28,676 nt of DNA from Chlamydiota bacterium (GCA_016196885.1 JACPWU010000006.1:1-28676); one strand, 5' to 3'; shown: positions 7,809-15,516, counted from the stretch's first letter. Numbers and translations are program-made. The notes: generated from the sequence alone by a model not told the origin.

Positions 7809-8023
7809 TTCTGATAATCAGCCGCTTTGAGCCGACCCGCATTTTCCAGGCAATCCATTTCTGCGTGCAGCACCGCCGACTTCTTCTGCACACGCCGGTT
7901 GTGTCCCCTTCCAATCATTTCATCCCCCTTGACCAGCACAGAGCCAATCGGAATACCACCTTCCGCAAGGCCCTGACGCGCCTCTTCAATGGCAGCTTTC
8001 ATAAACTTTTCGTGTTGGATCAT
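7742..8023 (-). pseudogene. Truncated Fcy1-like cytosine deaminase (CDA fold); only the N-terminal half is present
   Basis: GGIPIGSVLV...GRGHNRRVQKKSAVLHAEMDCLENAGRL closely resembles yeast-type cytosine deaminase up to the HAE zinc motif. The expected PCxxC half is missing. The ORF continues out of frame across the nfi start (67-nt overlap). Confidence 0.6.
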
Positions 8024-8032
8024 AGGTCTACT

Positions 8033-8676
8033 TTAATCGTGATTTAAAGACTTACGAATGTTTTTCTCGATTTCTTTGTTTGCATGAATCCATAGAAGTT
8101 TAATAGGCGGATGCTGCTCCTGAAAAACCCTGAAAATCTCATCCGCAAAAGCAGGGCCAATACTTTTTACATCCTTAAAATTTAAAATAATCTCTCTAAA
8201 TTTTTCAAATCTTGTGAGCAATCTCTTTGCTTGGGATCGGGACACAAGATTTTCTTCTCCATATTGAAGTAGGTTGACAGGAACAATCGTTTTAGTAAAA
8301 CCAAAATCATTTTCTTCAGAAGCATATCTATCAAAAACTTCTTTGCTTGTACGCGATGACTTCAAACAAATCTTCATCATAACAGAGGTTCCTTCTTGAA
8401 CTTTTTCCTTGTCTTCGGTTAACCAGTCGTCATCCTTTTCAAAATGACTAAAATGAAGATGCCCTGATTTAATGATAAAACCATCAAACATGCGGGAACA
8501 GAAAAATATCCCCTCCCCCGTATGACGTTTTGGATCTGTTGTGAGTTTTCCTTTGGTTAATTCTAAAATTGCATGATTTTGAATTTGAGAATGGCCATTT
8601 TTGTTATATCGCCAGGGTGCCCATCTACATTATTTAATACAAAAGATATGATTTTGTTATCCAAATCCACGCTCAT
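8033..8676 (-). pseudogene. wHTH plus DUF4325 (STAS-like) protein, broken by a 1-nt frameshift in a homopolymer
   Basis: ATG 8676 gives MSVDLDNKIISFVLNNVDGHPGDITK and then stops. The frame of ORF 8033-8491 is open 46 codons upstream without an ATG (...NGHSQIQNHAILELTKGKLTTDPKRHTGEGIFFCSR MFDG...). Adding one A to the A5 run (plus-strand T5 at 8598-8602) joins the two into about 214 aa. The C-terminus SRSQAKRLL...FKDVKSIGPAFADEIFRVF is DUF4325-like. Confidence 0.55.
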
Positions 8677-8678
8677 GA

Positions 8679-8730
8679 TTGTCAACATCCTTTTGTATTA
8701 TTGTCAACCTAATGATATGATTTTGTCAAC
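8679..8730. repeat. Three direct TTGTCAAC repeats at 22-bp spacing (iteron/operator-like)
   Basis: TTGTCAAC occurs at 8679-8686, 8701-8708 and 8723-8730. This reads GTTGACAA on the minus strand and so contains TTGACA. The repeats lie immediately upstream of ATG 8676. The related GATATGATTTTGT(T/C)A occurs at about 8644 and about 8713. Confidence 0.5.
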
Positions 8731-8829
8731 AAGCTAGTTTAATTTGTTATACTCTATCAGGCGTCTGAATAACAAAACTTTTAGTGCTTACGCCACTAGA
8801 AAGAGTTCACAAAATGTCACAGAATATTT

Positions 8830-9225
8830 TCACGACTTCTTTTTCTCCCACTGCGCAAAAAACTCTTCCGCATTTTTGCGAATTTGATCTTTGCTCAAGT
8901 CCTGCGTATGCGTGGCAATCATCCACGAATAGCCGAAGGGATCCTGGACATTGCCCGCGCGATCGCCCCAGAACATGTCTGCCATCGGCATCACCACTGT
9001 GCAGCCGGCCGCAACAGCTTGCTTAAACACTGCGTCTGCATTCGGCACAGAGAAAAAGAGGCTGATCGGTGAACTGCCCAACGTCTCAGCGCTCTTGCAC
9101 TTCCCCGACATTTCGTCACCCATCATTAAGATAGAATCGGCAATTTGAATCGTTGCATGCATAATCCCATGTAATCCCGTAGCGTCTTGCTCCATACCAA
9201 AAAGCAAAGATGAAAGTGACTGCAT
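8830..9225 (-). CDS. VOC/glyoxalase-family protein (PhnB-like)
   Basis: Shows IMHATIQIADSILMMGDE and PMADMFWGDRAGNVQDPFGYSWMIATH, typical of PhnB-like VOC proteins. Confidence 0.7.
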   Translation of the reverse strand: MQSLSSLLFGMEQDATGLHGIMHATIQIADSILMMGDEMSGKCKSAETLGSSPISLFFSVPNADAVFKQAVAAGCTVVMPMADMFWGDRAGNVQDPFGYSWMIATHTQDLSKDQIRKNAEEFFAQWEKKKS

Positions 9226-9308
9226 GAAAGAGGATTGACTTTAATGACAAGGAAAGAAGGGTGCGATTTTAGAGATTCTTTGCTCTTCTCACATGGTAAA
9301 ATGATATC

Positions 9309-9857
9309 ATGAAAAAATTTCAATCACCCCCCTTAAACAAAGGACTTGTCATGAAAAAACGAATGGCTAGGTTGTTGGTATTTTTCACCATGGCCACAAT
9401 AAGTCTTGGCTCCACGCGTCTTGGTCATACGTCCGAAGATAAAAAAACGGCGGTGCTCAAAGCAGCGGAACAATTTTACGTGGCTTTGAATGCCCTGTTC
9501 ACTGGAGAGGTAGCACCCATGAAAGAAGTATGGTCACATGCAGAGGATGTAACCTATATGGGGCCCGGAGGCGGGTTTCAAATCGGATGGACACAAGTCC
9601 TTGCGAGTTGGGAAGAACAAGCAGCCATGAAACTGGGAGGTAAAGTTACACCAGACCGCATGCAAATCACAATAGGTAAGGACATCGCCCTCACCCATAA
9701 TTACGAAATCGGAGAAAACGTTGATAAAGATGGAAATACCAAAAAGGTTTCAATCCGGGCGACGAATGTGTTTCGCAAAGAAGGTGGCCTCTGGAAAATG
9801 ATTGGGCATCATACAGATTTACTGCCCTATCTCGAGAAAAATGCGCAAGGCAAATAG
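9309..9857 (+). CDS. Secreted NTF2-like (SnoaL/DUF4440-type) protein
   Basis: Has a signal-like segment MKKRMARLLVFFTMATISLG; the real start may be ATG 9351. Also shows AAEQFYVALNALFTG...VWSHAEDVTYMGPGG and the C-terminal FRKEGGLWKMIGHH pattern. Confidence 0.6.
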   Translation: MKKFQSPPLNKGLVMKKRMARLLVFFTMATISLGSTRLGHTSEDKKTAVLKAAEQFYVALNALFTGEVAPMKEVWSHAEDVTYMGPGGGFQIGWTQVLASWEEQAAMKLGGKVTPDRMQITIGKDIALTHNYEIGENVDKDGNTKKVSIRATNVFRKEGGLWKMIGHHTDLLPYLEKNAQGK

Positions 9858-9920
9858 GCACATGTTCAAATGGGTTCGACATCTCAAAAGATGTTTGAAC
9901 AAAGTCCAGATTTAGAGTAT

Positions 9921-10088
9921 AGGCATATGCACTTGATTCCCCTTTGTAGTCGCCCGATTCATCGGGCAAACCCATGCAAGGGGCACAGCCCCATGAATGG
10001 GGCGACTACAACTTCTTGCCATGGCGCTTGCTATCTAAGGGGAATCAAGTGCATATGCCTATCTAAGGGGAATCAAGTGCATATGCCT
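9921..10088. mobile_element. Type-2 MITE-like element, copy B (intergenic) with a tandemly duplicated right end
   Basis: 9921-10060 differs by one base from copy A. The 28-bp right end ATCTAAGGGGAATCAAGTGCATATGCCT occurs twice in tandem (10033-10060 and 10061-10088). Confidence 0.85.
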
Positions 10089-10125
10089 AATTATTAATCC
10101 AAGCCGGGTCGGTGGAGTTCAGGAA

Positions 10126-10386
10126 ATGTCAGCAAGTTTGCCCAAAAACAATCCTTTGGATTCATCTGCAATAATGAGCACTTTGGAAAACAAGAGCAAA
10201 AGCGAGGACCGCAACTCTCAAAACTGGCAAGAAGCGATGATGGGATATGAGAGAGGTTACTCCGAAAGCACAAGCCGAACGTATGACATGCCCCTGAACA
10301 GTTACGATCCAACAGTGGGCGCATACCGCAATTCCGATCAGCCCACAGAAATTTTGAACACCGATGACAATGCGCAGCAGCGATAG
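10126..10386 (+). CDS. Hypothetical low-complexity protein (86 aa)
   Basis: An ORF with only a weak GGAG upstream. It is Ser/Asn/Asp-rich with no recognisable motif. Confidence 0.25.
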   Translation: MSASLPKNNPLDSSAIMSTLENKSKSEDRNSQNWQEAMMGYERGYSESTSRTYDMPLNSYDPTVGAYRNSDQPTEILNTDDNAQQR

Positions 10387-10498
10387 ATCTGTCTACGATC
10401 CTACGAAGCCTTGGCGTTACAGAACAAAGTTCTTGTCGGCCAAAAAAAATTTCTTAATAAATTCTGTTGTAGCATGTAAATTATGATACGATCACTCC

Positions 10499-10936
10499 AT
10501 GCTTAATCGCGTGATGGGGCGTCTTGATTTTATACGAATCCTCGTTCGGGGCTGTTTTCTTGCAATCTTGTCTATGACGGTTTATCCCATTTTGCGTTAT
10601 CTTACTCCTCCAAAATTCAGACTTCCCAGGGATGTTTCCGTGACGGCGGCCAAACTTTCTGAAGTTCCCCCAAACACTGCAAAAATATTTCCTTTTGGGT
10701 CTAAACCAGCCATTCTGATTCATACGGCATCAGATGAATATAAAGCCTTTTCCGCAGTTTGCACACATTTAAACTGTACGGTTCAATACGATCAAAAGGC
10801 GAGTGTCATCATGTGCGCCTGTCACAATGGGCGCTACGGTCTGGACGGCCGCGTGATTTCAGGCCCGCCCCCGAGGCCCTTGGAAGAATATAAAGTTGCT
10901 CTTAGGCGTGATGAAATTATCGTGTCAAAAGGATAG
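10499..10936 (+). CDS. Rieske [2Fe-2S] subunit of a cytochrome bc/b6f-type complex
   Basis: Has an N-terminal TM segment and the Rieske boxes CTHLNCTV and CACHNGRY, followed by GPPPRPL. Confidence 0.85.
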   Translation: MLNRVMGRLDFIRILVRGCFLAILSMTVYPILRYLTPPKFRLPRDVSVTAAKLSEVPPNTAKIFPFGSKPAILIHTASDEYKAFSAVCTHLNCTVQYDQKASVIMCACHNGRYGLDGRVISGPPPRPLEEYKVALRRDEIIVSKG

Positions 10937-10938
10937 GT

Positions 10939-11997
10939 ATGGCGTCCCTGGACTGGATTCGAAAACGCTTTCCGATCGAACCTTTTGAAAAACTTCTCCG
11001 AAAAAAAGAAGTCCCGGTTTACCGCTCGAATTTGTTCTACTATTTTGGAGGAATCAGCTTACTGCTTTTTGGGATCCAGGTCTTTTCCGGAATTTTGCTC
11101 CTCTTTTACTATTCTCCTCATGCAGGCGGGGCCTATGAATCGGTCCGCTTTATCATGAACAAGGTCCAATTCGGATGGCTCATTCGTTCTGTCCATGTCT
11201 GGTCGGCGCATCTCCTCATCGCTTCCATCTTCATCCATCTTTTCAGCACATTTTTTATGCGGGCTTATCGTTTCCCGAGGGAATTCACCTGGATGACAGG
11301 CGTTTTTCTTCTGATGCTCTGTTTGGGTTTTGGTTTTACAGGTTATCTCCTGCCTTGGAATGAATTGTCTTTTTTTGCCACGAAAGTCGGAACCGAAATC
11401 ATTGCAGGAGTCCCGGCGATTGGAAAATTTATTCAGACGGTTTTAAGGGGAGGCGAAGAGGTCGGGGATGCCACCCTGGGTCGTTTTTTTGCCCTTCATG
11501 TCGCGCTCTTCCCCATGATGGTAACGGGTTTGGTTCTGATCCATCTGATTTTCATCCAGTTTCAGGGAATGAGCACCCCTCCAGCGCTTGAAAATAAAAC
11601 CCTGAAAACGCTTCCCTTTTTTCCTAATTTTATTCTACGGGATTGCATCGTCTGGTCCTTGACCTTGGGGCTGGTCCTGGTTTTAGCCGTCTATTGCCCA
11701 CCCCCCTTGGGGGCAAAAGCGGATCCTTTCGCCCCAACCCCTCAGGGCATCCGACCCGAATGGTACTTCATGTGGATGTTTCAAACGCTGAAGATGCTGC
11801 CGGGGCATATTCTTGCTTTAGAAGGTGAGCAGGCCGCCTTGCTCGTGATGGGTATTTTAGGGGCGGGTCTTTTGTTTATCCCATGGCTGGATATCTGGAC
11901 CCGAAGAGGCAAAAGATATTCACCCCTGACTTATCTTGGCTGGGTCATATTAATTTACATGATTTTTACAACCATTCTGGGTTATTTACATTCATGA
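10939..11997 (+). CDS. Cytochrome b (fused b6 plus subunit IV-like, 352 aa)
   Basis: Shows YYFGGISLLLFGIQVFSGILLLFYY, the His-bearing helices SVHVWSAHLL and RFFALHVALFP...LIHL, and the C-terminal PEWYFMWMFQTLK motif. It starts 2 nt after the Rieske stop. Confidence 0.9.
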   Translation: MASLDWIRKRFPIEPFEKLLRKKEVPVYRSNLFYYFGGISLLLFGIQVFSGILLLFYYSPHAGGAYESVRFIMNKVQFGWLIRSVHVWSAHLLIASIFIHLFSTFFMRAYRFPREFTWMTGVFLLMLCLGFGFTGYLLPWNELSFFATKVGTEIIAGVPAIGKFIQTVLRGGEEVGDATLGRFFALHVALFPMMVTGLVLIHLIFIQFQGMSTPPALENKTLKTLPFFPNFILRDCIVWSLTLGLVLVLAVYCPPPLGAKADPFAPTPQGIRPEWYFMWMFQTLKMLPGHILALEGEQAALLVMGILGAGLLFIPWLDIWTRRGKRYSPLTYLGWVILIYMIFTTILGYLHS

Positions 11998-13250
11998 AAA
12001 TCACTTACGGGTACTTTTTAGCGTTATTCATTTTGCTTGCCCCTACAATGGTCTTGGCGGAAAATGGTGAGCAAAAAAAAAATTCTTGTGTAGAATGCCA
12101 TAAACTCATAGACGATGAAAATGGAGGAGTTGTCGGGCTCATGGCCCACGATGTTCACGCCCAGGTGGGTCTTTCCTGCGCAGATTGTCATGGGGGTGAT
12201 CCAAGCTCAGATGATATTGAAGTTGCAAAATCTCCGCAAAAAGGATTTATCGGCGCTCCCAAGAGAAACGAGATTCCTCAATTTTGTGCCCGTTGTCATG
12301 CTGATCCGAACTATATGCGCCCGTTCAATCCAAACCTCCCAACAGATCAATTTTCAAAATATCAGACCAGCGAGCATGGCAAACGCAATGCCCAGGGCGA
12401 CGATCATGTTGCAGTCTGCTCCAGCTGTCACGGGGCTCATGGAATTCGGCGGGTGAACGATCCTCTTTCTCCAATCTTTAAACGGAATGCCCCGCTGACC
12501 TGTAGCAAATGCCACTCTGATCCAGAATATATGAAGGCTTACGGGATTCCCACGGATCAGTTTGAGAAATATAAAAAAGGCGTCCATGGAATTCTTCTCC
12601 TGGAAAAAGGGAATTTGGGAGCACCCGCTTGTCATAGTTGCCATGGAAGTCATGAAGCTTCGCGACCTGTCGAAACATCGGTTGGAAATGTTTGCGCCCA
12701 ATGCCACACCCTGAACCGGGATCTGTTTGCCGCCAGCCCGCATAAAAAGGCACACGACCAAATGAAGGTGCCGGAATGTGCGGTCTGCCATGAGAACCAT
12801 TTTATCCAGAAAACCTCAGATGACATGCTGGGGACAGGCCCCGGTGCTATCTGCCTTAAATGCCACAAACAGGATTCCAATGGATATCACTCGGCAAAGG
12901 CCATGAGAGGCTTTATTGAAGACCTTAAGGGTCAAGTGTCTCAGGCTGAAACCGCAGTGGTTCAAGCGGAGCATATCGGGATGGACATGAGCGATTCCAG
13001 AGTAGAACTCGATCAGGCCGTGACGTTATTGACCAAGGCGCGCAGCTACGTGCATTCCTTTTCTCCCCCAAAAATCGAGTCCATTACCAAGGAGGGCAAG
13101 ACGGTCGCAGACCATGTGAAACAAGCAGCAAAAACAGCCCGGGCGCAGTGGGTAACACGCAGGAAAGGCCTCTGGGTGGCCATCTTATTTCTCATCCTTT
13201 TAGCTGCGGGCCTTTTTCTGGATATCCGCAGAAGAGAGAAAAAATCTTAA
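11994..13250 (+). CDS. Membrane-anchored multihaem cytochrome c (nine CxxCH motifs)
   Basis: The start ATG overlaps the cytochrome b stop (ATGA at 11994-11997), giving a signal-like MKITYGYFLALFILLAPTMVLA. CxxCH motifs are CVECH, CADCH, CARCH, CSSCH, CSKCH, CHSCH, CAQCH, CAVCH and CLKCH. A C-terminal TM segment GLWVAILFLILLAAGLFL is present. Confidence 0.85.
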   Translation: MKITYGYFLALFILLAPTMVLAENGEQKKNSCVECHKLIDDENGGVVGLMAHDVHAQVGLSCADCHGGDPSSDDIEVAKSPQKGFIGAPKRNEIPQFCARCHADPNYMRPFNPNLPTDQFSKYQTSEHGKRNAQGDDHVAVCSSCHGAHGIRRVNDPLSPIFKRNAPLTCSKCHSDPEYMKAYGIPTDQFEKYKKGVHGILLLEKGNLGAPACHSCHGSHEASRPVETSVGNVCAQCHTLNRDLFAASPHKKAHDQMKVPECAVCHENHFIQKTSDDMLGTGPGAICLKCHKQDSNGYHSAKAMRGFIEDLKGQVSQAETAVVQAEHIGMDMSDSRVELDQAVTLLTKARSYVHSFSPPKIESITKEGKTVADHVKQAAKTARAQWVTRRKGLWVAILFLILLAAGLFLDIRRREKKS

Positions 13251-13318
13251 GGAGATTCTGTCCGATACAATGTAGGAGAGTCGAAGAAAGAATCTTTAAG
13301 CCAAAGGCTTACAGGTGA

Positions 13319-13459
13319 ATCGGCTTGGTCTCCTCCGTTCCGTCGGAGACTGTGTCCTTCCGCCACAAAGCAAGGCGGACAAGCTGCCTTCGCAAGAGAT
13401 TTTATTTTTGTCCGCCCCCCAAAAAATCAACTCCTTTCAAGGTAGTTTTGCTCAGGCTA
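13319..13459. repeat. Type-3 structured repeat, left copy (inverted partner of 15376-15516)
   Basis: 141 bp with 3 mismatches (counted by eye) to the reverse complement of 15376-15516. Contains stems GTCTCC/GGAGAC, TCCGCC/GGCGGA, and the mutually exclusive GGCGGACAA/TTGTCCGCC. Confidence 0.85.
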
Positions 13460-13502
13460 TTATAGAGATGGTTTCATTTGTCAGACCATTCATACATAGA
13501 AT

Positions 13503-13685
13503 ATGCAAATCAATCGAGTTAAAAGAGGAAAGTTTTCAGAAATTAAACTTGAAGACGGACGAAAAATATTCTTATCTGTCTTTCCTGATCGTATTACTGC
13601 GTCATTAATGTTTCTGTTTATTCCTACTAAGAAAATATGGGAATTCATATTTCCTTTCTATATTAGAACAGCAATTGATGGATAG
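13503..13685 (+). CDS. Hypothetical small protein (60 aa)
   Basis: ORF only. It overlaps the next small ORF by 8 nt (ATGGATAG). The two may be one frameshifted gene. Confidence 0.2.
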   Translation: MQINRVKRGKFSEIKLEDGRKIFLSVFPDRITASLMFLFIPTKKIWEFIFPFYIRTAIDG

Positions 13686-13797
13686 TTCGGCAAGAGCAAG
13701 GAATTTTCTAGTTTTTGATTTAGGAAAACAAATTTATAGAATTGACGAGAAGGCGTTCAATGACTATTTCAAAAAAGTAAAGTTTCTCGATGAGTAA
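13678..13797 (+). CDS. Hypothetical small protein (39 aa), not in the ORF track
   Basis: My own translation gives MDSSARARNFLVFDLGKQIYRIDEKAFNDYFKKVKFLDE. It ends 11 nt before the start of gene 13809. Confidence 0.2.
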   Translation: MDSSARARNFLVFDLGKQIYRIDEKAFNDYFKKVKFLDE

Positions 13798-13808
13798 TAT
13801 TTTTTTAT

Positions 13809-14354
13809 ATGAATCATAAATTATGGTTTTATATTTTTGTTGTATTTTTCAATGTTATTTTTTGTATGACATTTTCATCTTATGAAACCCATGCACAGGT
13901 GAAGAAAGAAATGTCAGCAAAGGACTTACTCAAATCCCATGCTTTGGAGGTTAATGATTTGCTTACGGCTTATATTGAACTGCACGATGATGCCTTAAAA
14001 GAATCCGGAACCTTTGAAAGTCTTTTCAGGCACGTAGACTTCGAAAGCCTACACAAGAGGTCTATAGATATCCACTCACGGTTAAGTACAAAACAGAAAG
14101 AACTGGAAGATTTCTATAAAGAATTTTATTCTCAAGCAGATCCAGATTGCCGATTGTATTATGACGCGTTACATATCTTTGTAGAAAGATTAACAAGAAC
14201 CACAGCTCTTCTAGAACAAAGGCAACTGTTTTTATATAAAAAAGCAAAGGGTGAAGGAGGCACTTTCTCTGATTACATGAAGATCGAGAAAGAATATCAG
14301 AACTCCGTCAATGATTATATGGAAGCGGGTAATAAACTGAACCAACTAAATTAA
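13809..14354 (+). CDS. Hypothetical secreted or membrane-anchored helical protein (181 aa)
   Basis: Has the N-terminal hydrophobic segment LWFYIFVVFFNVIFCMTFSSYETHA. The rest is charged and helical-looking. No family recognised. Confidence 0.55.
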   Translation: MNHKLWFYIFVVFFNVIFCMTFSSYETHAQVKKEMSAKDLLKSHALEVNDLLTAYIELHDDALKESGTFESLFRHVDFESLHKRSIDIHSRLSTKQKELEDFYKEFYSQADPDCRLYYDALHIFVERLTRTTALLEQRQLFLYKKAKGEGGTFSDYMKIEKEYQNSVNDYMEAGNKLNQLN

Positions 14355-14402
14355 TCTTATCTTTTGAACCTCAATGGTAATTAGCCCATTTCTATGAACT
14401 CC

Positions 14403-15266
14403 CTAACTATTAGAGAGAACCGCGAAGAAACTTTCCAAGTCGTAGTATTTTTTCGAAGGAAATAACTGCCCCCAAGCGTTTTTCATAAAATGCTTCTCAT
14501 CAGAAATAATAGCGTCTACACCAATCAAATAATTAAGATACTGTAAGTCTTGAAAATAGTTTTTATCTATATGCTTCTTATTATCAACCGTCATTGCATA
14601 CCAAGCTGCAAAAAGAAGTCCTTCAATAAATTTGGTAAAGTAAGGACACCGTTTATCTCTATATTTTAACCAATAACTTTTACGTTTATCCTTCGTATCT
14701 ACAGAAATTGCTGCTTTTTCAATGTGAACTAACGCCATGGATTCCAAATTTTTCCCTAGAAACGCCTGAAAATCATTGTCTTTTCTTTCCAAATCACTAT
14801 TCTTATATTTTTTAAGAATTTCCTCATTCATTTCTACATATATCTTTCGATTATTTTCTTTTATCTCTTCTCGCTGCCTAATCTGAGCAACTAATTCGTC
14901 TTTGCTGTTCACTGCTACACTTCCACTAATAGCTGCAGATAACCTAGCTTTAATTAATGAAACTTTGTTTTGCTTACAAAAAAGATATTCGCTTAATAAT
15001 TTACCATCTAGTTCCATTTCAAATATGTCAGCAGTATCTTGAAATAACTTCTGCCATGGCAAGTCGACAAGGAACCTTATCGATTCAATTCCAGCCGTAT
15101 TCACCTTTTCTTGCGTAAGAAAATGTAATTTCTCTTCTGCAAGAACAGGAATCATGTAAAATGTCAGCTTCTTCTTTTGACAAAGCTCCAATAGACTAGA
15201 CTCTCTAAGACGTTTCAAATTCGCTGGTATTAAAATATTTGAGTCTAAAACAAACTTAAGGCTCAT
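14403..15266 (-). CDS. Hypothetical protein with a split PIN-like signature (function uncertain)
   Basis: The N-terminus KFVLDSNILI resembles PIN strand 1. The C-terminus QDLQYLNYLIGVDAIISDEKHF resembles the distal PIN acidic motifs. A charged insert of about 190 aa separates them. AAGGAG lies 7 nt upstream of the ATG. Confidence 0.5.
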   Translation of the reverse strand: MSLKFVLDSNILIPANLKRLRESSLLELCQKKKLTFYMIPVLAEEKLHFLTQEKVNTAGIESIRFLVDLPWQKLFQDTADIFEMELDGKLLSEYLFCKQNKVSLIKARLSAAISGSVAVNSKDELVAQIRQREEIKENNRKIYVEMNEEILKKYKNSDLERKDNDFQAFLGKNLESMALVHIEKAAISVDTKDKRKSYWLKYRDKRCPYFTKFIEGLLFAAWYAMTVDNKKHIDKNYFQDLQYLNYLIGVDAIISDEKHFMKNAWGQLFPSKKYYDLESFFAVLSNS

Positions 15267-15341
15267 AAAGTCTCCTTGTCTAGGAGTTTATCATAAGCCT
15301 TTAACTCAAACACTTCAGAACCTTTTACAACCCGCAACTGT

Positions 15342-15516
15342 AATTCGGCTTGCTCCACGAAGCGGGGAGTGGCCGAGCCTGAGCAAAACTACCTTAAAAG
15401 GAGTTTATTTTTTGGGGGGCGGACAAAAATAAAATCTCTTGCGAAGGCAGCTTGTCCGCCTTGCTTTGTGGCGGAAGGACACAGTCTCCGACGGAACGGA
15501 GGAGGCCAAGCCGATT
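15342..15516. repeat. Type-3 structured repeat, right copy (longer, with its own ~10-bp terminal inverted repeats)
   Basis: 15376-15516 matches the reverse complement of 13319-13459. The extra 34 bp (15342-15375) begins AATTCGGCTTG, which is the inverted partner of the other end CCAAGCCGATT. Confidence 0.85.

Noticed and set aside
8830-9225. I suspected that the VOC/PhnB-like gene is N-terminally truncated, because it lacks the usual I-PYL-V first strand, and that ORF 9126-9323 (containing KVNPL) holds the missing piece.
   Set aside because: I could not join the frames into a convincing VOC N-terminus. The frame is closed 5 codons upstream of the ATG. PhnB-like proteins of about 130 aa exist, so there is not enough evidence to call it a pseudogene.
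9870-10097. The track ORF (75 aa) has the same peptide as the Fic-2 insert.
   Set aside because: It is a read-through of the intergenic type-2 repeat. It has no RBS, and its content is entirely repeat-derived.
11883-11993. The track starts the multihaem cytochrome ORF 37 codons upstream, inside cytochrome b.
   Set aside because: The extension is just the cytochrome b 3' end read in another frame. ATG 11994 gives a proper signal peptide and an ATGA stop/start overlap.
13200-13330. I looked for a direct repeat of the tRNA-Asn 3' end (plus-strand TGGCTCCCCGGGCAGGACTCGAACC) at the far border of the island, as an attL/attR pair.
   Set aside because: I saw only trivial matches of a few nucleotides (for example AGTCGAA near 13290). 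A proper alignment search is needed, but nothing convincing appears by eye.
13315-13608. The track ORFs 13315-13608, 15515-15862 and 16917-17165 cover the type-3 and type-4 repeats.
   Set aside because: They are composed mostly of repeat sequence, lack RBS and recognisable motifs, and conflict with better-supported features.
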